DNA of 64,000 bases from Fistulifera solaris (taxonomy: Eukaryota), in the NCBI GenBank assembly GCA_030295235.1, contig AP026162.1, positions 930,001 through 994,000 of the forward strand. The letters run 5' to 3'. Positions 50,920 through 62,715 of the stretch are shown in pieces. How positions within the stretch are numbered: the first letter of the stretch is position 1; every line of letters begins with the position of its first letter. A program made the position numbers and the translations under genes. Below the pieces are notes generated by a model. The model saw only the letters and a program-made list of their open reading frames with translations, was not told the DNA's origin and made no database searches.

Positions 50920-52840
50920 ATCAAGGTGTATCACTAGAGTTAATTAATGCAAGTGCTTCCGAAACACTAGCAACGTCAGCTTTTCGAATCTTATGCAATC
51001 GCGAGAAAATACCTTCCCCAATAAATCGAGCTTTGTGCGCAGGAAACAAGCCGCTAACACGGCTGGTACAAGTTGCAAGGACTCGACCTTTTTCTTCTTT
51101 TCAACCTTCTCATCCGACTTCGCTAATTTGTCTTGGATCTGAGATTCGCCGTCACGGGCAACATGCAAAATTTGCTGCATATCGACCTCAAATGTACGCA
51201 AATCAACTCCTTTATGATGCAGATAAAAGAGGACACGCTGCATATCCGCTTCGCCTGGCCGATAGTGACCGGAATGTGGATACACGCGCGTCAAGAGTCC
51301 GTCGTCGTCTGTGAGGAAGATCCCAGCAGCTGCGACTGCTTTCCCTCCGAAGAATGAAGAGTGATGAAATCGCTGCTTAGATTGACCCGAAACCGTCGTA
51401 ATTTTCTGCGCACCGTACATGATTCCGTCTCGAAGCACGAACATCCAACCGTCCGGTCCAGTTCGTACCGGATCGTTGTCTACGTCTAGAACCAAACCGC
51501 GCCCCATGTCGTCAGGTACAAAACGCATAGCATAACCACTAGTAACATCTGGATTGGAAATGTAAAGAACTGTATCGGAATCGAGTTTTGCGCGAGGGCA
51601 TTCCTCCAGCTCCGGTAGCGGTTGTCCAGCAGCTTCACCTTTGCTATCGAGCCAATCGAAAAACATGTTCGCTGGGCACCCCAAAGATTCCCAGTGCCTA
51701 TAGTACAATCTCAAGTTCTTCCCATATCGATGATACTTGTCTGACACCTCCAGCCATGCTTTTCTGTGAAGCTGCGCATAATTTCCGCGCGACGTGCCGC
51801 TCTTGACAATCTCCGGCGGGTTGCTTTGTATGCCTTTGTAAACAAAATCCTGCGCAGCAGATCCTTCTGGCAATTTGTCGAGAAAGATTCGCTTAATCGT
51901 AGCTCTCGTTCCCCCAAAAGGCCATGGAAAACGTGATTTCGTTGGCGGCGAAATGGTATCAACACTGATAGATGTGGCGGGTTCAATCTGTTTGAGCGGC
52001 GAAGTGCCTTTGTAAGACTTCAATGATACATGGACCTCCGCAGCATCGTCGTCGTCATCGTCGTCGTCATCTACTTCTTCTTCAATGATTCGCAAATCAT
52101 CTTGCTCACAAGGTCGTAGCTCTCCGACTGCTTCCGCAAATTGAGCAGCCTCGCGCTTGCGTCGAGAAGCAGTCTCTTCTTCTTCTACTTTTGACGGAAC
52201 AGATTCTTCAATCGGAAATGGTTCTTCTTCTATAACGGCGGACTCCGACATGCCGTCTATGTCACCATACATCGGTCTCTCTGAATTGTTATCATAGTCT
52301 TGTTGGACCCATAGCTCCCCGGATAAAGCTTTGCGGACTGCTTCCAGGTCATGGAATATATTGTCGGATGACGAGTTAAACGCATCACCGTTTTCCGAGA
52401 GAGCCGAGATACTCCCCCTTATTGAGTCGAAATGACGGAGACTTCTCGATCAATTGCTCGACGACTTGCTGTTCCTCTGACGACAAAAGCAATGACATTC
52501 GGGAAATAGTGCGGTTGTGTGAAGGAGATGCGTGCAGCGCCGAAACACCCGTGTTACTCCCATCAACACAGTCTCCGTTAGCGTGAATACTCTCCAAAAT
52601 ATCAGCATCTTGCTCTCGCATTAAAAGTTCTAACGTATCCCTGGAAACGAACTCAGTGCGTGTCCTGTTGGAGCGACTAGAACGAACGGATCTCGTCTCT
52701 GCTGCATCGTCTTCTGCTATCTCGTCCTCAAGACTCTCGTCTTTCTCCTCTTCCCACAGCTCAGAGCAGTCATCGGGTGTAAAATCAACAAGACTTTCAA
52801 CGGTGTTAAGTTTGGGACGAGCAGCAATGTCAGATGTCAT
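50920..52840 (-). CDS. IQM-family-like protein; frameshifts near 52395 and 51040
   Basis: WLEVSDKYHRYGKNLRLYY..W, FFDWLD, FHHSSFFGG.AV.AAG, PHSGHYRP. Confidence 0.8.
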
Positions 52841-53246
52841 CTCCTTCTGTGATGATAAAGAGGAAGCACGATCGTTTCTGATGAGACTGTGAGATCAACA
52901 GCAACACCGCATTCTAACTTCTAACACGAGCGAGAGAGCTCGAAAAGCATCACTGGTATCAACCAATGGCACTGTCTTCTCTACTGTAGTCAGCAAGAAA
53001 GAGACGACATTGAATAATTGAATTTCGCTCACCTAAAATTTCTGTACATTAATCTGTAGATAACCAGTACCGGTTCCGGAGATATTGTACTTTGCACTTA
53101 TTGCGCGCGCCACGCCGCAACGAGAGTTTTCCTCCCCATTGCATTCTTCATAACATCGCGAACATGAATCTTGTGCAAACGAATCTTGTTGTTGAATCTC
53201 TTCTCTTCCCTTTTCGTCGCAAGGAACACGTAGGCAGCTTCATGAG

Positions 53247-54155
53247 ATGAGTGTGAAGCTATTGGTGACGACCGTGCTATTATTACTTTCATACGTGCAC
53301 ACTTTTGCGGTGGAGAAAAGAGTATCGAAACTGCTTTCTTGGTCGAACTCAGAAAATGAGGCCCCTACTATCCTGGGATGGTGCGAGGAACGCCGTCTTC
53401 AAGACGCAAGAGAATTACAGGTAACCGTCAGCTGCGATGACAGTGAGCCGCTCGAAGTTTCTATCCCGATACCAACCGATGAGAACAGCTTGGCGCGCAC
53501 CTTGTGGCCTTCGTCCCTGGCAGCGGCGATTCTCCTAAGATCACCCGCATCAAAACAACTTATCAAAGATAAGCACGTTCTCGAGCTGGGCTGTGGTCTA
53601 GGGCTGGCTGGGATTGTTGCATCCAGTAGCGCAAAGAGCTGCTGTCTCACGGATCATGACGAAGAAATCATTCAGTTGTTGAAGAATCAGAACATACCTA
53701 ACATTAATGCCAGATACTTGGAATGGCGTGATGAGGACCGACCTGATGATATTCCTTCATGTGACTTAGTGATCGGAGCGGATATTGCCTACTATTTCTA
53801 TCTCTTACGCCCTCTAATGGATACAGCGAAGGATATGCTAAGATCAGATAACTCAGCATTCATGGTGGTGGGGCAAGCGAATCGAGAAAGCCAGTGGGAT
53901 CTTTATCACAATATTCGAGACGGATGCTACAATCAGCTCACTGACGAAAGAGAAGCTCCGTGGAACGGGGAAACGCGCATGTTATTGTATCAGCTTCAGA
54001 TGTTCAAATGGCAAGTCGATGATGATCCTTCTTTCGAAACCCTTGACGGAACAATTCCAATCGCTGTTATGCTACATACATCTCCGGACTTGGAGAAGTT
54101 CACTTTACGACTTTCGACCACATTGCAACAAAGAACGACGAGGAAGGCATTATGA
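53247..54155 (+). CDS. METTL21/family-16 protein methyltransferase; C-terminus possibly frameshifted
   Basis: LWPSSLA, VLELGCGLGLAG, LTD, LEW, DLVIGADIAY. Confidence 0.85.
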   Translation: MSVKLLVTTVLLLLSYVHTFAVEKRVSKLLSWSNSENEAPTILGWCEERRLQDARELQVTVSCDDSEPLEVSIPIPTDENSLARTLWPSSLAAAILLRSPASKQLIKDKHVLELGCGLGLAGIVASSSAKSCCLTDHDEEIIQLLKNQNIPNINARYLEWRDEDRPDDIPSCDLVIGADIAYYFYLLRPLMDTAKDMLRSDNSAFMVVGQANRESQWDLYHNIRDGCYNQLTDEREAPWNGETRMLLYQLQMFKWQVDDDPSFETLDGTIPIAVMLHTSPDLEKFTLRLSTTLQQRTTRKAL

Positions 54156-54530
54156 TGTCGTTTTAAACGCGTCGTCTTGGACATGCGAGTATGAGGACGC
54201 CATTTGACGCAACGAACGTTTGCTTCTAAAGCAATTTGATCATAGCTTGATGCCACGCGAAGGGTCGACAGAAAAGCTCCAATTTGTTGCACAACTACGC
54301 AATCATCATCTCTTTGGTAGATATTTCGTCCAAGAGTTGAATGACCTCAGACCTCAGCCTAGTTACTCGTGATCGAAGCAATACAGTCGATTTGGTTCAT
54401 CGCAAGATGCTCCAAAAGGAGCGTGAACTTGACGTATAGCAATGCCTATTGTTTTAACCTAATTGCTATTTCTTAGCAAGAAAACGTTTCTTCGATTGTC
54501 TAATCTCAGCTTGCGAGAGTTTCTTGTACC

Positions 54531-55125
54531 GTCTGGACACGTTGTTGGGATCTTAACAGAATTATTATGTGCGCATTCCAGAAATTCAGGACACGGTGTT
54601 TGGGATCGTAACGTAAGAAAGTGCGTGTTCCAAAAATTCTGGAAAATGCATGTTTGGCCATACAGAAATTCTGTTGTGGTCCAGAATTCTGGACCAGCTA
54701 TTTTGATCTTACCAAAATGCTGTGCACGTTCCGAAACGTCTGAACACGTTGTTGGGATCTTAACAGAGTTATTATGTGCGCATTCCAGAAATTCAGGACA
54801 CGGTGTTTGGGATCGTAACGTAAGAAAGTGCGTGTTCCAAAAATTCTGGAAAATGCATGTTTGGCCATACAGAAATTCTGTTGTGGTCCAGAAATTATGG
54901 ACCAGCTATTTCCATACTACCAAAATTCTGTGCACGTTCCGAAACGTCTGGAACGTCTGGATAAGTTGTTTGGGATCTTAACACAATTATGTGCGCATTT
55001 CAGAAATTTCAGGAGACGGTGTTTTGGATCGTAACGTAAGAAAGTGCGTGTTCCAGAAATTCTGGAAAATGCATGTTTGGTCATACAGAAATTCTGTTGT
55101 GGTCCAGAAATTCTGGACCATTTTT
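54531..55125. repeat. Tandem array, ~207-218 bp unit (~2.8 copies) with ~35 bp CCAGAAATTCTGG-like subrepeats
   Basis: GGGATCTTAAC at 54547, 54754, 54972; near-identical interiors. Confidence 0.95.
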
Positions 55126-55769
55126 TATAAAAAAAATCAAAATTGTGGATATTTACCGTTTTTATATCCTATGATTTCACCCTAGCATTGTTGCCACTAC
55201 GACAATTAGGACGACGCACGTACGTGACATGTCCCAAGCGCAACGCAACTTCACTCACCGCTCACCAATCAAAATCCGACTGCGTACTATAGTCAAATAT
55301 GTACTTTCTTCCAACTCCGGCATCTAATTTTTTGAACGCAACGCCCGCACGCCGCAGACATTCTTCCCGCCCATCGAGCCCAGTGTTTTCGCGAACGGTA
55401 GCCAGTGTACTGTAGCCGAAAAAGTAGAAGATACATTCGCGATTTTTGCGAGCGAAAGCGAGTGGCGAGAGGGAGCTGCGTAAACAACGCGGTAAAAACC
55501 TTACGGTACCTCCAGTAGTCGATGTTCAGTGCTTGAATGACACTTTTGTAATAAACAACTTGCAAAAGCTCGTCATTGAAAGTATCTGACGTGACTATTC
55601 TACACTGCATCAGGGTATTCACTGGTCCGGGGGAGAAAGCATCGAACAGTTTGCAGCCGCATCTTCGAAAACAATCCGAACAATCGTGTTCTGTTACGGT
55701 TTTACTTTCAACTTACTGTGAGCATTTGCTGTGTTTTTGATCTATTATCTCATTGGATTACTCTTTCCC

Positions 55770-56834
55770 ATGCTGAAAATGGTCACAGTTAAGGATTCGT
55801 CCTTGGTCACACCGGTCGATCCGACGAACGGTCATCTTGAAGAGCCAAGCAGCTTGAGTGACATGCATCACCACAACAAGTCCCCCGCTGTTAATTCTGC
55901 TCTCCGCGAGACGGCAATGACCACCGAAGAGCTTTCGGAAGTTGCTTTTCCCGTCGAAAAAGAACCGATGAAGTCGATTGCGGAACCGCCCCCGGTAGTC
56001 TTTGCAGTTTCGGCTTCGTCGTCCATTTGCACGAGAGAAAGTGACACCGGTGTTCTCTCGGACTTGGAAAGTAATAAGAACGGGATGGAGACACCGCTCA
56101 AGTTTCGTCAAGGGCATTCTGAAAGGTCAAATGCGCAGCTATCCTTGCAGAAGACTTCTCGACAGGGAAGGGATTTGCAGCGCTGGTCGATCGATGAAAC
56201 TACAAACGAAACTGTAAGGCTCGTTACAGGCTGCGTCCCCATTCTAAGAGAAGGAAAAATACTTCTTATTTCAGCGAACCGGAAAGCCGAATGGATTCTT
56301 CCCAAAGGTGGCTGGGAACAGGATGAAACTATGGAGGAAAGTGCAGCTCGTGAATGCTTTGAAGAAGCAGGTGTACTCGGAAAGCTAGGGCCCAAACTTG
56401 CAGAGATTCAATACGAGACTCGCAAGTCCAAGAAAAGGAGGCTGGACGCTGTGAGCTCAGAGAACCAGCAAGTCAAGAATTCTGGTCTAGATACCGTTGA
56501 AGCACCTGCATCAGATGGTAATGAACCGAATACATCATCTCTTCTCACTAACGAATCGATTAACAAAATCGAAGAAGAAACTGCTTCTGTAAGACGGCCA
56601 TGCGATGAAACTCATTCCATAGCCTCTTCATATACAGGCAACTACACACAAGTTCGGATGACACTGTTTCCGCTGTATGTCGACACAGTCTCAAGCACCT
56701 GGCCAGAAAGTGGAAGGCTGCGCAAAGCTGTTGATATTGACGAGGCGATAGAGCTGTTAGATTCACGCCCAGAATTCAAAGCGGCTCTGGTAGAGGTGAA
56801 AAATCGCGGCTTGCATGCCCTACCCTCGAAATAA
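55770..56834 (+). CDS. Nudix hydrolase, DIPP-like
   Basis: RQGRDLQR, GCVP, WILPKGGWEQDETMEESAARECFEEAG, WPE. Confidence 0.9.
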   Translation: MLKMVTVKDSSLVTPVDPTNGHLEEPSSLSDMHHHNKSPAVNSALRETAMTTEELSEVAFPVEKEPMKSIAEPPPVVFAVSASSSICTRESDTGVLSDLESNKNGMETPLKFRQGHSERSNAQLSLQKTSRQGRDLQRWSIDETTNETVRLVTGCVPILREGKILLISANRKAEWILPKGGWEQDETMEESAARECFEEAGVLGKLGPKLAEIQYETRKSKKRRLDAVSSENQQVKNSGLDTVEAPASDGNEPNTSSLLTNESINKIEEETASVRRPCDETHSIASSYTGNYTQVRMTLFPLYVDTVSSTWPESGRLRKAVDIDEAIELLDSRPEFKAALVEVKNRGLHALPSK

Positions 56835-56942
56835 TGTATCTTTTGTAAGATACATGAATTCATGTCATCGAAACTAAAACTGATATTGTACACTATAAAA
56901 GCATTAAACTGATCCTGTACAACTTGTAAAGGATTTCCATGG

Positions 56943-58148
56943 TTATCTCCGAAAGTTGTTAGCATCAGTAGGCGCATCGTAAAACACGTCATCCCAGTCA
57001 TCGTCCATCTCCTGATGTAGTGGAAATTCCGTTCCATTGGATTCGTGTCTTCTGGATGCAGATGAACCGTTATCAGTGGTAATTTCTTCCTCGCTCGGTT
57101 CGTTTCGACCTTCATTTCGTTTCGCTTCTAACAGTGCGTCTGAGACCGTCCAAATAAAAGCGTAGACAATCATAAAGATCAAGGTCCCGAACGTGTAACA
57201 TGTAAAATACCAATCACGCAGTATATTTTGCAACGTGTTGAATTCTTTTCCCATTCTAATTTCCGCCTTCGTGATTTCAACCAAGGTACTTGCCGCTAAC
57301 CGTGGCACAATTTGCACGCGAATGTGTCGCTTCCCAAGAAGATTCAAATGAGACGCACATGAAAAAATTGGTTCTCGCGATCATGCAAGATCACTTTGTG
57401 ACGACTTACCAGAGGGTAATCGCGACTCTCAACATAATGCCGGAAAACAGGAATTACGACGTGCTTGGATTCTTCTATAGCACCAATCAAATAAGGTACA
57501 AGCAGTACAGCCTTCTGCAGCACTGAAATCCATCTACTTTGGTGGGGGAAACCGCGCACTGCGGCGAGAAAGGGCCAGCACTGTACCGTTGTGAGATGCC
57601 AACTCAACTTTGACACCAAAGATACCAGTTGAAGCACGGTTTGTATCCGATTCTGGTAAGACTAGCACAAGTTCCATGAAATAAGCCCGATTTGATACAA
57701 GCAAGCGACGCGATGTAAGGGGAGTCGGCACAACGTCCTCGGTATCGACAAAATCCCAATGATGCTTTGCAAACAAATCGATTGAACCCCAAGGAGTCGG
57801 AAGCGAATTACCGTTTACGTGGCTTGATTCAACGCTCGACAAAGAAGAAGGAGCGGGCGCTCCAGTATAGTCGAGATAAATTGGAGCAGCCACTGAGAAG
57901 GATGGCATAACGACCGTGTAGAACAGATGATATGAGATGATCGACATGGAGAGAATGGCTAGGAGTTTCAGTAGCCTTCTGATCTGTCTTATCATGAAGG
58001 GAATTATACCTCCAAACTCTTCTCGGTCGTAGATACTATGAATATCAAACAAATACGTGAAAGTTTCATCCTGAAACGGCTGCAGCCTCGCAACTGAACT
58101 AGAAACAGCGGACGCAGGAAGATAACGCCTTCTTGTTAAAATAGCCAT
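56943..58148 (-). CDS. Seipin-like protein; intron 57330-57409; frameshift near 57545
   Basis: Two TM segments flanking PIYLDY...YFMELVLVLPESDTN..GIFGV; LQNILRDWYFTC. Confidence 0.8.
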
Positions 58149-58234
58149 TCCGCTCGCTGCACATCAATCATTTCAATAACCTTCTAAGATCAATCTTATT
58201 AAACGAAGGAGCTTTCATAAGCTTCTTCTCCTCT

Positions 58235-58345
58235 CCGAAAGGTTAACAAGATAAAAAAAAAGGACAACAACGTTTTATTTATTCTGTGGTTCAGAAAATC
58301 TGGAAAATCGGTGTTTGCGATCCTACTGCTACAGAAATTCTGAGG
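58235..58345 (+). repeat. ~110 bp direct repeat, copy 1 (copy 2 at 62368-62476)
   Basis: CCGAAAGGTTAACAAGATA..AAAAGGACAACAACGTTTTATTTATTCTGT..CAGAAAATCTGGAAAATCGGTGTTTGCGATCCT..TACAGAAATTCTGAGG in both. Confidence 0.95.
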
Positions 58346-58365
58346 AAAAAATCCCCATGAGATGA

Positions 58366-61245
58366 GATGGTGTGAACGAAATTGAACAATATCCGGGTTG
58401 CCCCTCTGTCGATAAATTTCCTACGAGAGCTACGTGAAATCACGCAGATGTTCGAAGCGTTGCATTACTCGCTCCATCAAGTTTTTGTTTTCAAGTCGGT
58501 GGCAATTGTTGTTTTCCAATACGAAGCAAATACGGTGCGCAACAAAACGTTGACATCTGTGGACTGGAAACCCAAGAATGGGACGATGGCGAAAAAGGCA
58601 ATTTCCGGGTTTCCCTACAGAGATAAATTTCCTACGACGGCTACGTAACATACGCGTAGACACTGGAAGTGTTTAATCTTTCTACTGTTTCAAGTTTTAC
58701 TATCCAATCAAGGTCGATGATTGATGGTTTCATGGCTCGCATGAACCATGTTGGGTTAAGTATATTTGACATTGGTGTCCAAAAGACGCTTAAAATGGTG
58801 TGATCGAAATTGAACAATATCCGGGTTGCCCCTCTGTCGATAAATTTCCCTACGAGAGCTACGTGAAATCACGCAGATGTTCGAAGCGTTGCATTACTCG
58901 CTCCATCAATGTATTGCTTTCAAGTCGGTAGCAATTGTTGTTTTCCAATACGAAGCAAATACGGTGCGCAACAAAACGTTGACATCTGTGGACTGGAAAC
59001 CCAAGAATGGGACGATGGTGAAAAAGGCAATTTCCGGGTTCCCTACAGAGATAAATTTCCTACGACGGCTACGTAACATACGCGTAGACATTGGAAGTGT
59101 TTAATCTTTCTACTGTTTCAAGTTTTACTATCCAATCAAGGTCGATGATTGATGGTTTCATGGCTCGCATGAACCATGTTGGGTTAAGTATATTTGACAT
59201 TGGTGTCGAAAAGACGCTTAAAATGGTGTGATCGACATTGAACAATATCCGGGTTTCCCCTCTGTCGATAAATTTCCCTACGAGAGCTACGTGAAATCAC
59301 GTAGACGTTCGAAGCGTTGCATCACTCGCTCCATCAACGTTTTGTTTTCAAGTCGGTGGCAATTGTTGTTTTCCAATACGAAGCAAATACGGTGCGCAAC
59401 AAAACGTTGACATCTGTGGACTGGAAACCCAAGAATGGGACGATGGTGAAACAGGCAATTTCCGGGTTTCCCTACAGAGATAAATTTCCTACGACGGCTA
59501 CGTAACATACGCGTAGACACTGGAAGTGTTTAATCTTTCTACTGTTTCAAGTTTTACTATCCAATCAAGGTCGATGATTGATGGTTTCATGGCTCGCATG
59601 AACCATGTTGGGTTAAGTATATTTGACATTGGTGTCCAAAAGACGCTTAAAATGGTGTGATCGAAATTGAACAATATCCGGGTTGCCCCTCTGTCGATAA
59701 ATTTCCCTACGAGAGCTACGTGAAATCACGCAGATGTTCGAAGCGTTGCATTACTCGCTCCATCAATGTATTGCTTTCAAGTCGGTCGCAATTGTTGTTT
59801 TCCAATACGAAGCAAATACGGTGCGCAACAAAACGTTGACATCTGTGGACTGGAAACCCAAGAATGGGACGATGGTGAAAAAGGCAATTTCCGGGTTCCC
59901 TACAGAGATAAATTTCCTACGACGGCTACGTAACATACGCGTAGACACTGGAAGTGTTTAATCTTTCTATTGTTTCAAGTTTTACTATCCGATCAAGGTC
60001 GATGATTGATGGTTTCATGGCTCGCATGAACCATGTTGGGTTAAGTATATTTGACATTGGTGTCGAAAAGACGCTTAAAATGGTGTGATCGAAATTGAAC
60101 AATATCCGGGTTGCCCCTCTGTCGATAAATTTCCCTACGAGAGCTACGTGAAATCACGGAGACGTTCGAAGCGTTGCATCACTCGCTCCATCAACGTTTT
60201 GTTTTCAAGTCGGTGGCAATTGTTGTTTTCCAATACGAAGCAAATACGGTGCGCAACAAAACGTTGACATCTGTGGACTGGAAACCCAAGAATGGGACGA
60301 TGGCGAAAAAGGCAATTTCCGGGTTTCCCTACAGAGATAAATTTCCTACGACGGCTACGTAACATACGCGTAGACATTGGAAGTGTTTAATCTTTCTACT
60401 GTTTCAAGTTTTACTATCCAATCAAGGTCGATGATTGATGGTTTCATGGCTCGCATGAACCATGTTGGGTTAAGTATATTTGACATTGGTGTCCAAAAGA
60501 CGCTTAAAATGGTGTGATCGAAATTGAACAATATCCGGGTTGCCCCTCTGTCGATAAATTTCCCCACGAGAGCTAGGTGAAATCACGTAGACGGTCGAAG
60601 CGTTGCATTACTCGCTCCATCAATGTTTTGTTTTCAAGTCGGTGGCAATTGTTGTTTTCCAATACGAAGCAAATACGGTGCGCAACAAAACGTTGACATC
60701 TGTGGACTGGAAACCCAAGAATGGGACGATGGCGAAAAAGGCAATTTCCGGGTTTCCCTACAGAGATAAATTTCCTACGACGGCTACGTAACATACGCGT
60801 AGACACTGGAAGTGTTTAATCTTTCTATTGTTTCAAGTTTTACTATCCAATCAAGGTCGATGATTGATGGTTTCATGGCTCGCATGAACCATGTTGGGTT
60901 AAGTATATTTGACATTGGTGTCGAAAAGACGCTTAAAATGGTGTGATCGAAATTGAACAATATCCGGGTTGCCCCTCTGTCGATAAATTTCCCTACGAGA
61001 GCTACGTGAAATCACGTAGACGTTCGAAGCGTTGCATCACTCGCTCCATCAACGTTTTGTTTTCAAGTCGGTGGCAATTGTTGTTTTCCAATACGAAGCA
61101 AATACGGTGCGCAACAAAACGTTGACATCTGTGGACTGGAAACCCAAGAATGGGACGATGGTGAAACAGGCAATTTCCGGGTTCCCTACAGAGATAAATT
61201 TCCTACGACGGCTACGTAACATACGCGTAGACACTGGAAGTGTTT
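58366..61245. repeat. Satellite, 428-429 bp unit, ~6.7 copies, with 2-mer higher-order pattern
   Basis: ATGGTGTGA unit starts at ~58367, 58795, 59223, 59652, 60080, 60509, 60938; GTCCAAAA/GTCGAAAA alternate strictly. Confidence 0.98.
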
Positions 61246-61469
61246 CATCTTCCTAGTTCTGTCAATCGAATTGCGTTGTTTCATGAAAGCGTTGATTGCC
61301 AAAGAGAGACTGTCTTCCGCATCGGATCATCACCACGCCAAGTCTACTGTAGGCTCGAAGTGTAGACGACTTTTTGCAAGACTGAGTTTCAGTCATGAGG
61401 CGAATTTGAAAAATAACGTTTTCGCAGAAATGCGGCGCGTGCAGTGAAGGTGCGCGACGATCCGAAGCA

Positions 61470-61672
61470 TCTATTTATAATAGCGCGCTGTGTCCGTGTG
61501 TGTGTGTCACGTAACGTAACGTAACGCTGGTCCCGGGTTTCTGAATCACGGGTTTGACGCTATCCCCGGGGATCGAGCCCCCGCAGGGGCTATTAGGGAT
61601 CGAGCCCCCCGCTTGCGGGAAGGGCGAGAACGAAAAAGCCCCCCGCAGGGGCTAGACGCCGAAGGCGGCTAG
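61470..61672 (+). mobile_element. Non-autonomous Helitron-like element, 203 bp
   Basis: A|TCTATTTATA start; (GT)n and (CGTAA)n; hairpins AGCCCC-N5-GGGGCT and CGCC-GAA-GGCG; ends CTAG|T. Confidence 0.75.
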
Positions 61673-61741
61673 TAATAATAATACCCAGCGTACTTCTATT
61701 CTTCCTTTTCACTATCTTTTAGTTGCACCGCCGAGTAAAAC

Positions 61742-62387
61742 ATGGAAGACACGGACGAATTACGACAGTACATTACGTGCGACGCGGAAGGCTGCAACGC
61801 GACACATCCGGCGAGTCGTTACTCGAAATCAAGATGGTGTATTACTGCAATCGAACGTGTCAACGAAAGGACTGGAAACGACACAAGCCCGACTGTCATG
61901 GTGTCGACGAAATGAGAAAACGGTGTACGGGAACTGGGAATTTGAGCGAGATTCAAGAAATTACCGGCATCATGCCGGGCGAATAGACCGAGACGTGCGA
62001 ATTTGTTTAGAAGACAAGATGGTCAACCCCATGATTTTTACCAAATGCCAGCACGCATTCTGTTTTTCGTGCTTAGTGCGCTTACAAAGTCTCGGTCGAG
62101 GTCCGCATAGCACTGTGAGTGGGACTAAGTGTCCTTATTGCCGTTCGGAGATCCCCGACTTGGTCGAGGAGTCGTCGAAATCGCGCATTTCGGTCTTGGC
62201 AGCCCGAGCGGGTCGACGCGATTTGCCCGAAGAAGAGCGTGAAGCCCGTGTGGCAACGGCTTTGGAAGAAATTGAGAAACTGTACAACGCAGGAGATACC
62301 GATCTGATGTTCTTTCTAATACCCATGAAAGCGAGACTACTCAGCTTGCGGGGTGACCATCGTGCGGCCGAAAGGTTAACAAGATAG
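61742..62387 (+). pseudogene. Decayed, 3'-truncated MYND finger + RING gene
   Basis: CDAEGC..YYCNRTCQRKDWKRHKPDC; ICLED..CQHAFCFSC..CPYCR; lost Cys residues, frameshifts and a stop; ends inside the direct repeat. Confidence 0.8.
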
Positions 62388-62630
62388 AAAAGGACAACAA
62401 CGTTTTATTTATTCTGTCGTTCCAGAAAATCTGGAAAATCGGTGTTTGCGATCCTGCTGCTACAGAAATTCTGAGGGCTTTCCAGAAAATAATCTGGAAT
62501 GACTTGGTGCTTGCGATCATACAGAAAATGTGTAGTAGTTCCAGAAAATCTGGAAATCATCTGGAATGAATGAATAGGCGTTAGCGATCATACAGAAATT
62601 CTGAGGCTGTTCCAGAAAATCTGGAATGAC
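62368..62630 (+). repeat. Direct repeat copy 2, continuing as a TTCCAGAAAATCTGGAA / TACAGAAATTCTG minisatellite
   Basis: Motif pair repeated 3-4 times. Confidence 0.9.
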
Positions 62631-62715
62631 CCGCATCATTTGCTGTTTGCAAAATTAGTCCGTATAACAATGTTATCAGAAATAAGTGCACTCATAAAAT
62701 AATCAGAACTTCGTC

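Noticed and set aside
54463..55185. ORFs with repeated peptides
   Set aside because: By-products of the 207 bp tandem array
58366..61245. CRISPR-like array or repeated small ORFs
   Set aside because: Linkers are near-identical between units, no cas-like gene is present, and the ORFs change frame with 1 bp unit variants
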